A stretch of 62,990 nt of DNA, filler included, from Rhabdomonas costata (Eukaryota), in assembly GCA_019059605.1 (NCBI GenBank). It is 41 parts of 41 records of this genome, joined end to end, with 100 filler letters (N's around TTAATTAATTAA, not from the genome) between each part and the next. Parts side by side here need not be neighbours in the genome. Positions count along the whole stretch, not along the records: positions 35,406 to 36,844 come from JAHMHO010015931.1; positions 36,945 to 38,383 come from JAHMHO010015932.1; positions 38,484 to 39,922 come from JAHMHO010015933.1; positions 40,023 to 41,449 come from JAHMHO010015934.1; positions 41,550 to 42,988 come from JAHMHO010015935.1; positions 43,089 to 44,527 come from JAHMHO010015936.1; positions 44,628 to 46,069 come from JAHMHO010015937.1; positions 46,170 to 47,608 come from JAHMHO010015938.1; 33 more parts are not named here. One strand, given 5' to 3'. This document shows positions 36,410 to 48,315 of the stretch, one piece after another. The notes under the pieces are model-generated. The model searched no databases and had not been told where the DNA came from. It saw nothing but the letters and a program-made list of their open reading frames with translations. Position 1 is the first letter of the stretch, and the number at the start of each line of letters is the position of its first letter. The translations under genes were made by a program, and so were the position numbers.

Positions 36410-37783
36410 CTGGAAGGAAGGACGCAAAACAGCACGAGAAAACGAAGGGCAGGCACCGAAGAGATATGCTGAATTTACAAATTTTGTAATTTAGCCGGAA
36501 GACGGAAGAAATGTTTTGTAAATTATGCCTTTCTCTTCAATGGCAACTGGCCGACAATATGTTTTCCGCTCAAGCTTGCCCGGGTCCTATTCTCCAGAGT
36601 GCAGAGTGAAGTTCCACGGTAGTCATTTCCAAGGATGAGAACAACCATCTTGCAGTCGGGAAATCCACAGAGGCTTCCCCCCAACAGTGGGTGGCTGTTC
36701 AGGACAGGATTCAAGAAGTCCTAAAATTGCCTTTTTCGTCTCAAGAATATCCAGAAAATAGTCAAATACAAACCCGAAATCCAGTGCAAACGAGTGCGGA
36801 AATATCGCCACAACCACTGGGAAAGGAAGGTTCAGACCCCCCACNNNNNNNNNNNNNNNNNNNNNNNNNNNNNNNNNNNNNNNNNNNNTTAATTAATTAA
36901 NNNNNNNNNNNNNNNNNNNNNNNNNNNNNNNNNNNNNNNNNNNNTTTGTGTTCCCTGTGTTGATCTTGGTATCGCCTCACGAAGACGTTACTCCTGTTCC
37001 GCATGTTCTTCTCTTTCGCAGCGCTGTTTTCGGATCGTTTTTTTCCAGCGGTTCCTCCGACCCGCACTCACACATCCGTCTCCTCGTAGTCACCTGCCTT
37101 AAAAATAATTCTTTGGGTTTGTCAGGAATTCTCTCCTGGGAGGCCACCGATGGATCCCGCTGCCATGCGTCGCCCGCCCCGACCCTCCCGGATCATGTGC
37201 TGCACCATCGGCAGACATTCGCTTTGCTGGGGGGTCGAACTCGATATATTTACGCCCCCCCCTTTCCCTCTTCCTAAACTTTTTTCTTAGTTATAGCCCG
37301 AAAACTATGGGAGGTCTTTACTGTGGGAGAGGGGGAAATAAAACCCGCCGCCAATTTTAGCCAGACCATATCGGCATTATTCGCCTTTGCAGGTCCCCAG
37401 GTTATGTTTCCTCCTTTGCTGCTGTTTAGTTTTTACGCTTTGTTCGATTCGAAATAACGACTGTCCCAGTCATCCTTCAGAGCCCAGCAACGGGATCAGG
37501 CTTGTCCTTAGCCCACACCCAAAAACCTGAAACCCCCACAGTCTCATATAACGATGCTGAAACAGTTTTTCACGTTGAAATGTCGAAATTTCCTCAGAAC
37601 TTCATTAACTTTCTTCGTTATACGTCGGCAGCTTCTTACCAGTTCAGTGCTCAGGGAAAAATATTGTAAACTACTTTTTCTTAATTTAATAATCCATTGT
37701 CAATGTTGAAGAAGGGCGGCTCTTCGATCAGCTCAGCAACATTACTAAATTGACGGGCTCTGTTATGTGTGTGTTTGTTGGAG

Positions 37784-38373
37784 GTAGAGGTGGTGGCGAG
37801 TAACGAGCTCACCCCCCAGCTTTCCCAGAGCTGCCCTTGCCCCTCGCGGTTCCAGCTCCCTATCTGGGTACTGGTGGTGGGCCTGACCACGATTTCTGTA
37901 GTTCTGGTCGGGACAGCGTCCTACCAGCTCACTACGGAGTGGGGCATCGATGCCGTGGAGGTGGTTGCAATGAGCTACCGTCAGCTGGCGTGTGCCACCG
38001 TGGAGGGCCGGCTGAGAGACCTCCTCACCCCAATCATGGACAACACCCGGCAGCTGGCGGCGTACGCTTCGGTGTCCTCGGTGAATTCAGGCATCTGAGC
38101 ACTGCACACTGCTTGATGCTACAGCCGTGGAACCATTCTTGTGGGCTTCTGTGTGTGTGTCTGTCATTGGCTATCGCGCCATTTGCACGGCTTCAACTCC
38201 ATGCGGGTGCCACGCTCTCCGCCAGCTGCGAGGCGAACCATTACAACAAAACATCCCTCTGGTCAACCCAAGGATGCCAAATCAGTGTGCGCGCGCCATT
38301 GGAGCTACTCAAAGACTTGTACCATGAATTCTCGAAAAACGATCGAAGCAGGACAACCTTGCGTGCTCTGGAG
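37784..38373 (+). CDS. N-terminal transmembrane helix and start of the ectodomain of a probable receptor-type signalling protein
   Basis: Exons ~37784-38073 and 38226-38373 (GT-AG, phase 2). Hydrophobic LPIWVLVVGLTTISVVLVGTASYQL is followed by an amphipathic helix. Confidence 0.5.
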
Positions 38374-40982
38374 GTGGAGGGGGNNNNNNNNNNNNNNNNN
38401 NNNNNNNNNNNNNNNNNNNNNNNNNNNTTAATTAATTAANNNNNNNNNNNNNNNNNNNNNNNNNNNNNNNNNNNNNNNNNNNNTTGTTGTGGTGTCGCCA
38501 GGCTTCGCAAAAGCAAAACACCGGGGTTAAGAGAAGGATATTGGGAGCAGAGCGCATTAGGCTCCGCCGCGCTCCCCGGCAAAATACATTGTGGACAAAA
38601 AAGTTCCACAGAGCACGCTAATAGCCTCAAAAAGCTCTGCAAAAGCTTCTATTGCAATGCACGGGATCGATGATCGCGACCTAACCCACGCAAACCCACG
38701 CGCATCTTCTATCGGAGTCCGGTGTGGCACGTGTACTGCCTCCACTTGTGGCTTGGTTGCGTTTCCTCTAGAACGAAAGCGCGGAAAGCTGGGTCAGGGG
38801 TTTTATGTCCGCTATCGCGCTTTACACATAAATAAGCAAGCGTTTATGTAAAATACCCGTTTATGTAAAATAATTTGATGAAAACATTCACGTTGGATTT
38901 TAAAGAGCATTGGTAGATTTTGGCACGAAACCTTTAATACCTAATAACCTTTTACAATAATAATTAAAATCTAATGTGGCAAGTAAATGACAACAATATT
39001 TTACACATCTAGGAAGAAATCTTTGCAAGATGATTGCCGTTTCCAAACACAATGGCACCGTATTGCCGTAACGCATTTTTTCTCAGAATAAAGCCGGGTC
39101 GACCGTGGAGGGGTGTTGGTGCCAGAAGCCCAGTTTCGACCCCATTTGCCCCTTAAATCATTACAGGGGATGGCGTTTTTGAGGATAGAATTATTATGGC
39201 AGTATTTCCGGCCCGATTGGAGCATTAAGAAGCAACTTTACGAATATTTGAATTGAGCGCGTTCGGCGAGGCGATGCAAGGCGGGCGAAAGAAGTGGAAC
39301 GGGAATTTATACTGTGCGGTCGCCGATGGAAAACACCGGAAGCCATTTGAATTGTTGGAATCTGGGGTTTCGAAGCACGGAACGAATTGACCAAGATGAA
39401 GCACATGGTGCCTCAACCGAATATGGATTATGGTAAACGTTCTATTGATAGCCCGGGCTATTACTATTTTCAGGTTCAAACTCTTGGCTCCTACCCAAGC
39501 ATGGGCCGCTATCTGCAAGACGGAGCTTGATCTGCCATTCTATCCGCGAACGAACGAAAGGCGACCCATACCAACAACTTTCTAAACCCATTTTCTCATG
39601 GGCCAGTTTGAGTAGAAACACTAAAGCATTTCAAAAAGGCAACCGAAGCTGCACAGGACAGTGTTGCAAACCAGTGCACAAGAACCATGCAAACCATGCA
39701 CAAACAAAGCATTCGCGATGCTACGCTCACTATTCTCTGTAGCTCGTGCACTTGGGACAGGGAGAGCCTCCCCTTTCCTTTATGGATGCACCTTGTATTT
39801 TGTGGGCGGGGGCTTGGATGTGTATGTGGGTGTGTGGGGGAAGGGTGTGAACTGCGTTGCAGTGTCAGGAAAAGCACATGCAAAAAAGTAGAAAGGGAAT
39901 CACATCCAAGCCCCCACCCACCNNNNNNNNNNNNNNNNNNNNNNNNNNNNNNNNNNNNNNNNNNNNTTAATTAATTAANNNNNNNNNNNNNNNNNNNNNN
40001 NNNNNNNNNNNNNNNNNNNNNNGTTGGTTTTGACGTACATAACACTGCCGTTAACTTCAGCACCATCCAAAGTCATCAATACAATTGTCTACTTTGTGTT
40101 TTTCCCGAACCTGAATTCGGGGGTTTGGGATTCAATATTTAAGGTTTAGCCATCCCCGCCCCCACTCCACTTCCGTCGGTGTTTTGTACCTCTCCCTCAC
40201 ACCGTAAGCGTTTTGAACAACGCTTCCTCTTCCTACGATAGCTCCCATTTGAGAACAACAAAAAGTAGACAATTGTATTGATGACTTTGGATGGTTCTGA
40301 AGTTAACGGCAGTGTTATGTACGTCAAAAGCAACCGATTTCTAAACCGACAGTGGGCAAAAGACCTGCGGAATGCCATGGTTTAGTTTCTGAGTTTTACG
40401 ATGGAGGTGGACCTGCTGGAATCCCCGGCAGTTGCGCTTCTCAGCCGTGGAAGTCTTTTGATCTCTCAGTTTTCAGAGTTGGGTCAGCGCCACGCTTTAT
40501 CGGCATCACGGGCTCGGTGTTCAGGTAGGCGACCGGGTTGGTATTTGGGCCCAGAGTCCGACTTGCACGAGCCCGCTTGGACGGCACTCGCTACGTTGGC
40601 ACCCTAACGTGACCCCAACCCCGGAGCATGCCCTTTAACGGCATCAAATCGATTACTCCCCCTGGAAACCATATGTATCTTCAGCTTTTTTTCCCGGAGC
40701 TCCTCAGTAAGCTGAAGGGCATGCCCGAAAATAGGGAGTGCCAAACCGCCCCGCAGCCCAGGAAGTCGCATCATTTCCCGGGCTTCGCATCCGTGGTTGC
40801 CCTTTGCTGTGCGCGGCAGTGTCTGTTTTCTCACTGTACCAAAAGAACAAACCCATAGTTGGAGGGAATTATCTTTTCGCTTTTTTTGCGCATTGCTGCA
40901 GATTCGATCTTTTCCGTTTTACGGTTTTCTCCTCCCTTTTCACTTCCTCTTCCTCCATAAGCACAACCTCCGCCGTATACAC

Positions 40983-41180
40983 ATGGATCTAAGTGGGATC
41001 ATGGATGAGGTTCCCGTGCTTTCCCTGCACGATGCTGCACGCAGGCTGCATGGAGTGGAGTTTCATCACTCGAACAGCCATGAGGCGGAGGTGGGTGCGG
41101 GGACAGTCCTGCCCGTCCCGGTGAGCGTGGTGGGCACGTGGAACCGGGAGGCGTCGATCCCGTTTCTCACCGGAGCTGAG
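40983..41180 (+). CDS. First exon of an unknown protein
   Basis: Long polypyrimidine tract plus AG upstream of ATG, 66 codons with high GC3, ending GAG|gtttgc. Confidence 0.45.
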
Positions 41181-41635
41181 GTTTGCCGTGCGCTTGAGCG
41201 GTGACATACCCACCCTTTAGACTGCCTTGTGGGGCATCCGAAAGTTTATAAAGGTGAAGCAATATTCACATCATGTGATTCAGGGCGAAGAGCACGGAAA
41301 AAAGGCAGTGCTTAGAACTGCTTAGAACGTCACCTGGGGACTTTTATATTGTTAAGTTCCTGGGGGAACAGCTTTTCCCACTGATATCCGCGACCACTAC
41401 CGAGTTGCGTGTCATCGCAGTGGCAACTTTCATTTGTCGACCCCACCACNNNNNNNNNNNNNNNNNNNNNNNNNNNNNNNNNNNNNNNNNNNNTTAATTA
41501 ATTAANNNNNNNNNNNNNNNNNNNNNNNNNNNNNNNNNNNNNNNNNNNNTGTGTTGGGGTTTGCATCTTGGCGGAGGAGGGGTTACCAGGTTCTGAGTTC
41601 TGAGTTGACGCTTGAAGTCTTTGGCCGGTGGATAC

Positions 41636-42244
41636 CTTGTCTAGGGTTCCCTTCGAGTTGATAATGATCTCGCACATGGCCTGCAGGTAATCCTGAGTCA
41701 TCCGCATCAGCTGGTCGGCCAGGATGCGCTCGCACAGGCTGCTAAACCCCACAATGTCCCTGATCGCACGTGCATATCGAGAAAATGAAAAACCTAACAA
41801 AAATACAGAAGAAAACAATGTGAAAACATTAATTTAGTGGCGGAAGCCGTGGCCCGAGCGCATGGATAAGGCGGGGACGTGCCATGGGGGGGGTCTTGCA
41901 AAAAAATTGAGATTTGAGATTTGCTGTTCACCGCCCTTGAACATTTAATACCATTACAATAAAATGTTTTTATGTTTATGTTTTGTTTTTCAAAAAGGTA
42001 TATATTCCGAGTACAGGGGTCAGGCAATGGGTGTACCCACTGTACCCACTGTGTGACGTCATTTTCCGAAAGGGAGTTGGGTTTACAGCTTTCCTACTTC
42101 CCCCCGAATAAATTTTGAAACCCATACATGAACAGCACGGTCACCACGTGGCGGGACATCACGTTGGTGTCGCTGCTCATCTGCCCGCTCAGCATCATCC
42201 GCACCACCTCCCGGGGCACGTACTTCACAAAAGCCTTCAAGCCC
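41636..42244 (-). CDS. Class III adenylate/guanylate cyclase catalytic domain N-part, 2 exons
   Basis: Exons 42244-42128 and 41759-41636 give L.AF.KYVPREVV...VTVLFM/DIVGFSSLCE...YL.AMC.II...GTLDK. The Lys in TLDK is typical of ATP-specific cyclases. Confidence 0.92.
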
Positions 42245-43497
42245 CTGCACAGGCGCAGATCGGTTGGCGCCATATTCTGGGACTCAAACCGACAATCGAT
42301 GGATGGATTATAGTACGGCCACCCGGGAATCAGAACCTACCCTTTCTTCAGCTCTTGTATGAAAGTGCTGAATGCCTGGCGGTGAGAAACCGACAATATT
42401 GCATCTGAGGTTTGCAAGGATGCACCCCTCTTGCACTTTTGCCTCTCGTCCGACAGCTATGTGACGCCAAAACCAATCACGACAAAAGCTGCAGAACCGC
42501 TCGTGTAAGGAAGCATCAGATAACCCACAAGGCATGGAATGAAGAGGAGAATCAGGTATCAAATCGCTTGGTGCCGCCTGGTGTCATGGCGGCAAAATGA
42601 ACCGACAAGTGATGGAAGGCCTTCAGGCCCCTGAACGGCGCCTAGTCTTGGTAGTTTAGCTGAGAAGATGAACTCGAGGCACGCTACGACCGCAGGAATA
42701 GAGTATCAGAAGAATAGCGATCTGATGCAGGTGCATTTATGAACGACATCGATCAAGGGGCGAAAACCGTAAAGAACAATTAGAATGAAGCCGTTGTTCA
42801 TTGCACCAACGACAGCGCTACACGACAAAACTTGAAATAAAAGGGGGGGCTTAAAATGGACTAATTCCGTATCTCGTTATCCCCTTCCCCCGCCGAAATT
42901 ATATTATAAAATGGTGGAAACCAGCAAATACCCCGCTAGGACACGCTGTTTTCCTATTTTCCGATCCAACATTGACCACAAGGGGGCANNNNNNNNNNNN
43001 NNNNNNNNNNNNNNNNNNNNNNNNNNNNNNNNTTAATTAATTAANNNNNNNNNNNNNNNNNNNNNNNNNNNNNNNNNNNNNNNNNNNNGCCTTAGTTTTT
43101 GCTTTGGACCCAGCCGCAGCTGACTCAGACCAACAGAAAACTGCCATTGCCACTGCCCTGTTACCTGTGCTGATCTCTGCGTGCATTTCCTGCATCTGGG
43201 AATGATGTGGATGACGGCAAGAGATGGACCAGAAAAGCAGTGACCAGTAAGCAGGAATGGTGAAGGGACCGAAGCGCAGTGAACAGTAAGCAGGATTTGT
43301 GATGGGTGAAACTTGGTGCCCGAAAGGTTTGTCTGCGACTGCCCCTTCATTTCTGTGAGTTCAAACTCTCTCCGAGATTTTTTTCTCGTGTCGTAACTAT
43401 TACTAGGATCATGATATTGCTATTTCAGGAAAGAATTTTTATAGCCAACAAAATAATTTGAGTTTTGAGTCTGTCGTTGATTTTGCTCCGTTTTCAG

Positions 43498-44527
43498 AAT
43501 TGAAAGAGGGAGAGCCGTACACCTACTGCAAAGCTTGTAAAGGTAATGGACATCCTGGAACGAAGGTCGCTGACCACCCTGCAGATGCTTCAAGTGTGCT
43601 CCTCTTTAGTTGTATCCCCCCACCCATCTACCCTTATCCCCTGAGTTGTTCGTCTTCTTAGCCAATTGCCTTTCCCCTTTCTGTTTGAGCATGATTTTTA
43701 AGGTCGGAGATGCTGAAAAACACTTTCTCTAACTCTATCCCAAGCAACCCTAACCCTAACCCAAACCCACAAGCGACACTTTCTCCTGGTTTAGGGGTTG
43801 GAGAGTAGGGGTCACGTGGTGAAACATATCCGCGCTATCCCCCATCCGACTTTGCAGCCCGAAGCTCCGTGGATGCCAAGCTGCTGGAATACATCCTGGC
43901 CGGTGCGGATCCGTGGGCGACCTCCAGCCACACCACTCGAGAGAGTGCCTTTCTCCCCCTCATCAAGTCCTCGTGGGCGTTCCTCCAGTACCCCGACTTC
44001 TGCTGCGTCTTGCAGGGGCTGTTCTCCACCAAGCAGCTGGCCCGCTTCGGCAAGAGCTGCGAGAAGTGGACCGTGGGGGCCCACCTCCTTCCCGTGAGTA
44101 TCGAGAGGAAGACGGGGTTGAATTCATTCTGCTCCCTGAAGAAGCTGCTGGGTCTGGATTGGCCATCGACCAGTGTCCCCCAAAACGGACTACCGCTGTG
44201 CAAGGAGCTGGAGGAAGCGCTCGACCGCCAAGACCTGTGCTTTGTTTACGTCCCTCAGCGGCACTCCTGGGTGGTGAGGGTAGTGAACCCAATGCTGCGC
44301 GGGACCGTGACTCTCACGCACCGCTGGACCAGGAAGATCACGCCGTTTCAGCCCCCCGGCCTGACCTGGGAGCGCATCGACGGCACCGGTGTGCGGATGG
44401 CCCCTGTGGTGAGCCGCAGGGTACTGCTTTACCACGCCCACAGGGCTGCAGACAAGCATGGCGTCTCGCTCGAGCTGCAGGCGGACTCCGTGCGGGCAGA
44501 CTCTGAGGTTTGGGTCAGGAAGTTCCT
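43498..44527 (+). CDS. HNH_2 endonuclease of the Crinkler (CR-HNH)-like eukaryotic type, partial
   Basis: Putative exon 43498-43542 plus exon 43858-44527 give DPWATSS..TRE..F...CCVL...GAHLLP...LGL....PQNGLPLCKELEEALDRQDLCFVY.P...VRVVNP.L...IDG......SRRVL.YHA. Confidence 0.8.
43746..43768 (-). repeat. Degenerate telomere-type repeat (CCCTAA)n inside the HNH gene intron
   Basis: aaccctaaccctaacccaaaccc, with an opposing ttagggg ~25 nt downstream. Confidence 0.6.
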
Positions 44528-46208
44528 NNNNNNNNNNNNNNNNNNNNNNNNNNNNNNNNNNNNNNNNNNNNTTAATTAATTAANNNNNNNNNNNNNNNNN
44601 NNNNNNNNNNNNNNNNNNNNNNNNNNNTGTGTTTTTCAACAGCAATCCAGACGGCTCGAGCCATTAGAAAACCCTCCCTCTTCCAAATGGAGGGGAAAGA
44701 ACCAAAACCTGCAAGTGAAAAAAAAGGGGGGGGGGGACGGGAGTAGAGTTCACATCAGTAAACATGGAGTGGAGTGGCTGGAAATGTTGGAAGGTGATTA
44801 CCGGTGTTTCTCAGTTATCCCCTATGAACTTGATGACGTTGCAGAAAATTTCAACGATTGCCAAAAGGAACTCCTTTTCAAAAAGTCAAAAAATTATAAG
44901 AATTACAGAAAAAATAAAAGTTGAGGGTGCTACCAGTCTTCCATTGGATAAACAGTATCCAGGGGATACGTGCATTGCCACGTATTCCACGTTATAACAA
45001 TCGTTATAACGAAAGGGGCTCAACTCTAAAAGTGTACCACAATTCCAATAGAAGGATTTGCAGGGGGTTATGTTTCGATGCCGCGTCGATTTTCCAGGAT
45101 GCCTTGGGCCGCGAAGAGGGCCAAGATCCTAGATCCTATATTTAGGGGAGAAAAGCTTTTTCACCTTTTTCTAAGTCTTGTATAATTAATGGGGTATGAC
45201 AGCCATTATACTATAATATCAATGTAGTACTGGGGCTCATTCAAGAACTCCATGAGAGGGCGAACACCAGCCCTTTTACTTGGCGGAGTTCGCTTGGAGA
45301 CACAATGCAAGCATCCTCAACCCCTCGATGAGCCGTTTCGAACCGATTTTGACTCTTCAAGGCTTGTACAGTCTTCTGGACAATCTCTCTTCCCTTCACT
45401 CAATGACATTTTTTAGATCCCAGCGGCTTTTCCTTCTGTGGTACACATTTGGAGTTGTGCCACAAAAGGTTACTTTCAAACGTCTCACCTCAGCACCACC
45501 TGAACAACAAGGTAAAGTTCACCCTCTGCAACAGTCTCGTGTCGGAAACCTTCGTTGGCCTCCATGGCGAACGTTTTTGCCCACGTCCCCTTTCCGGGAC
45601 GGCGACATAATGTCGGCGGGGGGAGGGGCCCCGGCCGACAACAAAAAGCTCCGGTTACCCAGCCAACCTGTCAAATTCAAAACGGCCCAAAATCCAATAA
45701 TGGAGAAAATTCAAAAAGGACAAAATTAAAAAAAGGACATAATTCAGGGACTTTTTCAAAATCATACCCTCTGAGATAGAGACGATACCACTAAATTACC
45801 ACTACAGAAGGAACAGAGACTGAGACAGAGGGAGCATGTTTAGGAAGCCAGAGAGCATGGCATCAACAACAAGCACTAACAGAGACCTTCTCTGGGGGAA
45901 CCCTGCTTCCCAAATCGCCCCGTTTTTTCTCCCAAACGATGGCAAATATGCCTGAGAATCCATGTGAAATGCAGTTTGAAAAAAATTTTAGGTTTTGAAA
46001 AATAAAACACGTTTGAAAAAGGACAAAATGCAAAATTAAAGGACAAAATTCAAAAGAGGACAAAACACANNNNNNNNNNNNNNNNNNNNNNNNNNNNNNN
46101 NNNNNNNNNNNNNTTAATTAATTAANNNNNNNNNNNNNNNNNNNNNNNNNNNNNNNNNNNNNNNNNNNNGTGTGGGTGTCACCGTAGGCCATGAATCGGA
46201 CGCTGGAA

Positions 46209-46448
46209 AGCTCCGTGTCTAGCCAGGAGACTGGGGACACGGGGGAGAACGCCCACCGCCACACCGTCCAGCTGTGCCAGTTGCAGTCCCACGTCAGCTA
46301 CACCTACACCGTGACTTGCGACGGAACCACCTTCAAGGGCAACTTCCTGTCCCCGCCAGACAACAGCGTGTCCACCTCGACGCCCTCCAGCGTCCGATTC
46401 ATGGCCTACGGTGACACTCGCAGCCACCTCGACGTCCACAATGATTTG
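46209..46448 (+). CDS. Purple acid phosphatase-like metallophosphoesterase: FN3-like N-domain and first metal motif
   Basis: H.V.L..L.....Y.Y.V.......G.F...P......VRFMAYGDTRS..DVH, then TTG|gtttgc donor. The first ~38 nt of the contig are a fold-back copy of 46386-46417. Confidence 0.75.
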
Positions 46449-46586
46449 GTTTGCGCACAATAATTTTTTTCCAGGCAGAGAAAGGAAATCCAGTGTGGCA
46501 TTTCGGTGACGGGTGTGGCGTATCTTTTCTTACAGTCTTGCAAATGGCCCAAAATCATCAGAAAGGCGCCATCTCCACCTGCCTTG

Positions 46587-46589
<3 letters not shown>

Positions 46590-46618
<29 letters not shown>
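46590..46618 (+). repeat. (AG)n microsatellite
   Basis: About 14 AG units. Confidence 0.95.
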
Positions 46619-46620
<2 letters not shown>

Positions 46621-47708
46621 CTATCTGAAGCCGAAGAGGGGATCCTCTCTCCCCCTTAATTGAGAGTGTCATCATCAAGGATCCGGCTCTAGCGGGACCC
46701 GAGCTCCTGCGCCACCACTCATTTCCACATTCCTCATTCAAAAAGAGAGGTCTATCTGTCTTGGAAGAGACAGAGAGAGTTTCAGCGAGCCCGTCTTGAT
46801 ATAACGCGGCAATGCATCAAAATGAGCCCACCAGGCACACCAAAGTCTGTGCGCGGGCTCGAAGACACATCAAACACACGTTGAGACAAGCCGTCTTCCG
46901 ACACTCACAACACGAACGTATTGAAGCCTTGTCAAAACGAGGGACACAGAGTGGTGTTAATGAGGTGATGGGCCAGGTGATGAGTGCAGAAAAACGAAAC
47001 GAAAGTGCCTTTTCCGTCGCGCAAGTGTACCGCCCAGAAAGACAACCTTTTTGATGGGTTGAAGCGCCCATCAGACAGTGAAGATTTTTTTAAAAATGAA
47101 GAAGGATTGGGTTGTCCTAAGTCAAATAGTGAGCATTTGAAGCTTAGGCTCAGTAGGCAGGCCTGCAAAGCGCCCAAAAGTGCTCCCCCAGGCCTTGGAA
47201 TCGGGGCTGGCCCAAAATGCACACAAGAATTCCCAGATCTCGGTGTAGAGGAGTCCGAGGCCAGGAAGTGACCAGCCAATTCATCTCAAGAGCACCACTC
47301 CCTCCAAAATATGAGCCCCTATCCGCCACTCCAGCTCAAGTTATGAGGTCCGTGTTTGGTCTTCGGTCACTTGGATGAGCTCACCTAGCCTTAACGCGTG
47401 AGATTCAAGCCTTGACTTCAATGAATACCCCACTCCCCTACTATTGAGGGAGCCTGGACCCCCTGCACGCCTCCCAGCTTTCAGGGCACTCAGGCCTTTA
47501 TAAGCTGGTGAGAAGTATTCCTAGGCAGCCCTTAGGTAAGCTCAGAACCGCAGGCTTGCGCCCAGTAAGCAGGGTACCTCGGCTGAAAACGGCCCTAAAT
47601 GGGCCCACNNNNNNNNNNNNNNNNNNNNNNNNNNNNNNNNNNNNNNNNNNNNTTAATTAATTAANNNNNNNNNNNNNNNNNNNNNNNNNNNNNNNNNNNN
47701 NNNNNNNN

Positions 47709-48315
47709 GGGGTGGTGGTGCCGACTGTTCGCTTCCCAGATCAGCAAGTTTTTGTGCACCCGATGCGAGGGTCTCCTGCTCACTGTGCATGTCCAAAGAC
47801 CCAGAAGACTGAGCTTCATGTTCCGCATGGGACTTCGCTTCCTGAGAAGCCATGACGAAGTTAGCTGGGGGGCCCCGCAAGGTTGGTGGCGAAGCTCCCC
47901 GAAAGATTGGTCTCGGAGCGAATTGGGCAGGAGGAGGAAGGCGCGGCGCGGCGACTGGCGCGGAGTAGAAAGGCACACCGAGCCCAGGGCTGGGCCCTGG
48001 ACCAGGGCCGCGTCCACGGATGGGTTGGGCCTGAAGAAGATTCCTTACTGCGGAATGTTCCGGTGGAGGCACAGCGCCGCGGAAGTTCGGGAGGCTCAAC
48101 AGCCTTCCAAGGGAACCGAGACCAACGGAAGGTACCGGAAGGGCATGCGTCCCTGCGCCAGCGAAGGGTATTGAATCCAAAACACGCACTGGAGTCACCG
48201 CAGTTGCCTCAGAAACAGTTTCGCCGTGTCCGGCACCCAAGCCTGAGGAGGCTGGAGTGAGCTGCGAACAGGCAACTGGAGTGTCCACAGCAACATCAGA
48301 ATCAGCAGAAGCCAT
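47709..48315 (-). CDS. Hypothetical Pro/Ala/Gly-rich protein N-terminus
   Basis: >200 uninterrupted codons from an ATG downstream of an AT-rich tract. No recognisable domain. Confidence 0.45.

Noticed and set aside
38074..38225. Apparent non-canonical intron (GC donor at TCAG|gcatct with a CGG acceptor)
   Set aside because: A canonical phase-2 GT-AG solution (GT|gtcctc...ccgccag|C) restores the frame.
46613..46758. 15-bp direct repeat AGAGAGGTCTATCTG as a target-site duplication
   Set aside because: It overlaps an AG microsatellite, and the enclosed sequence has no poly-A tail or TIRs.
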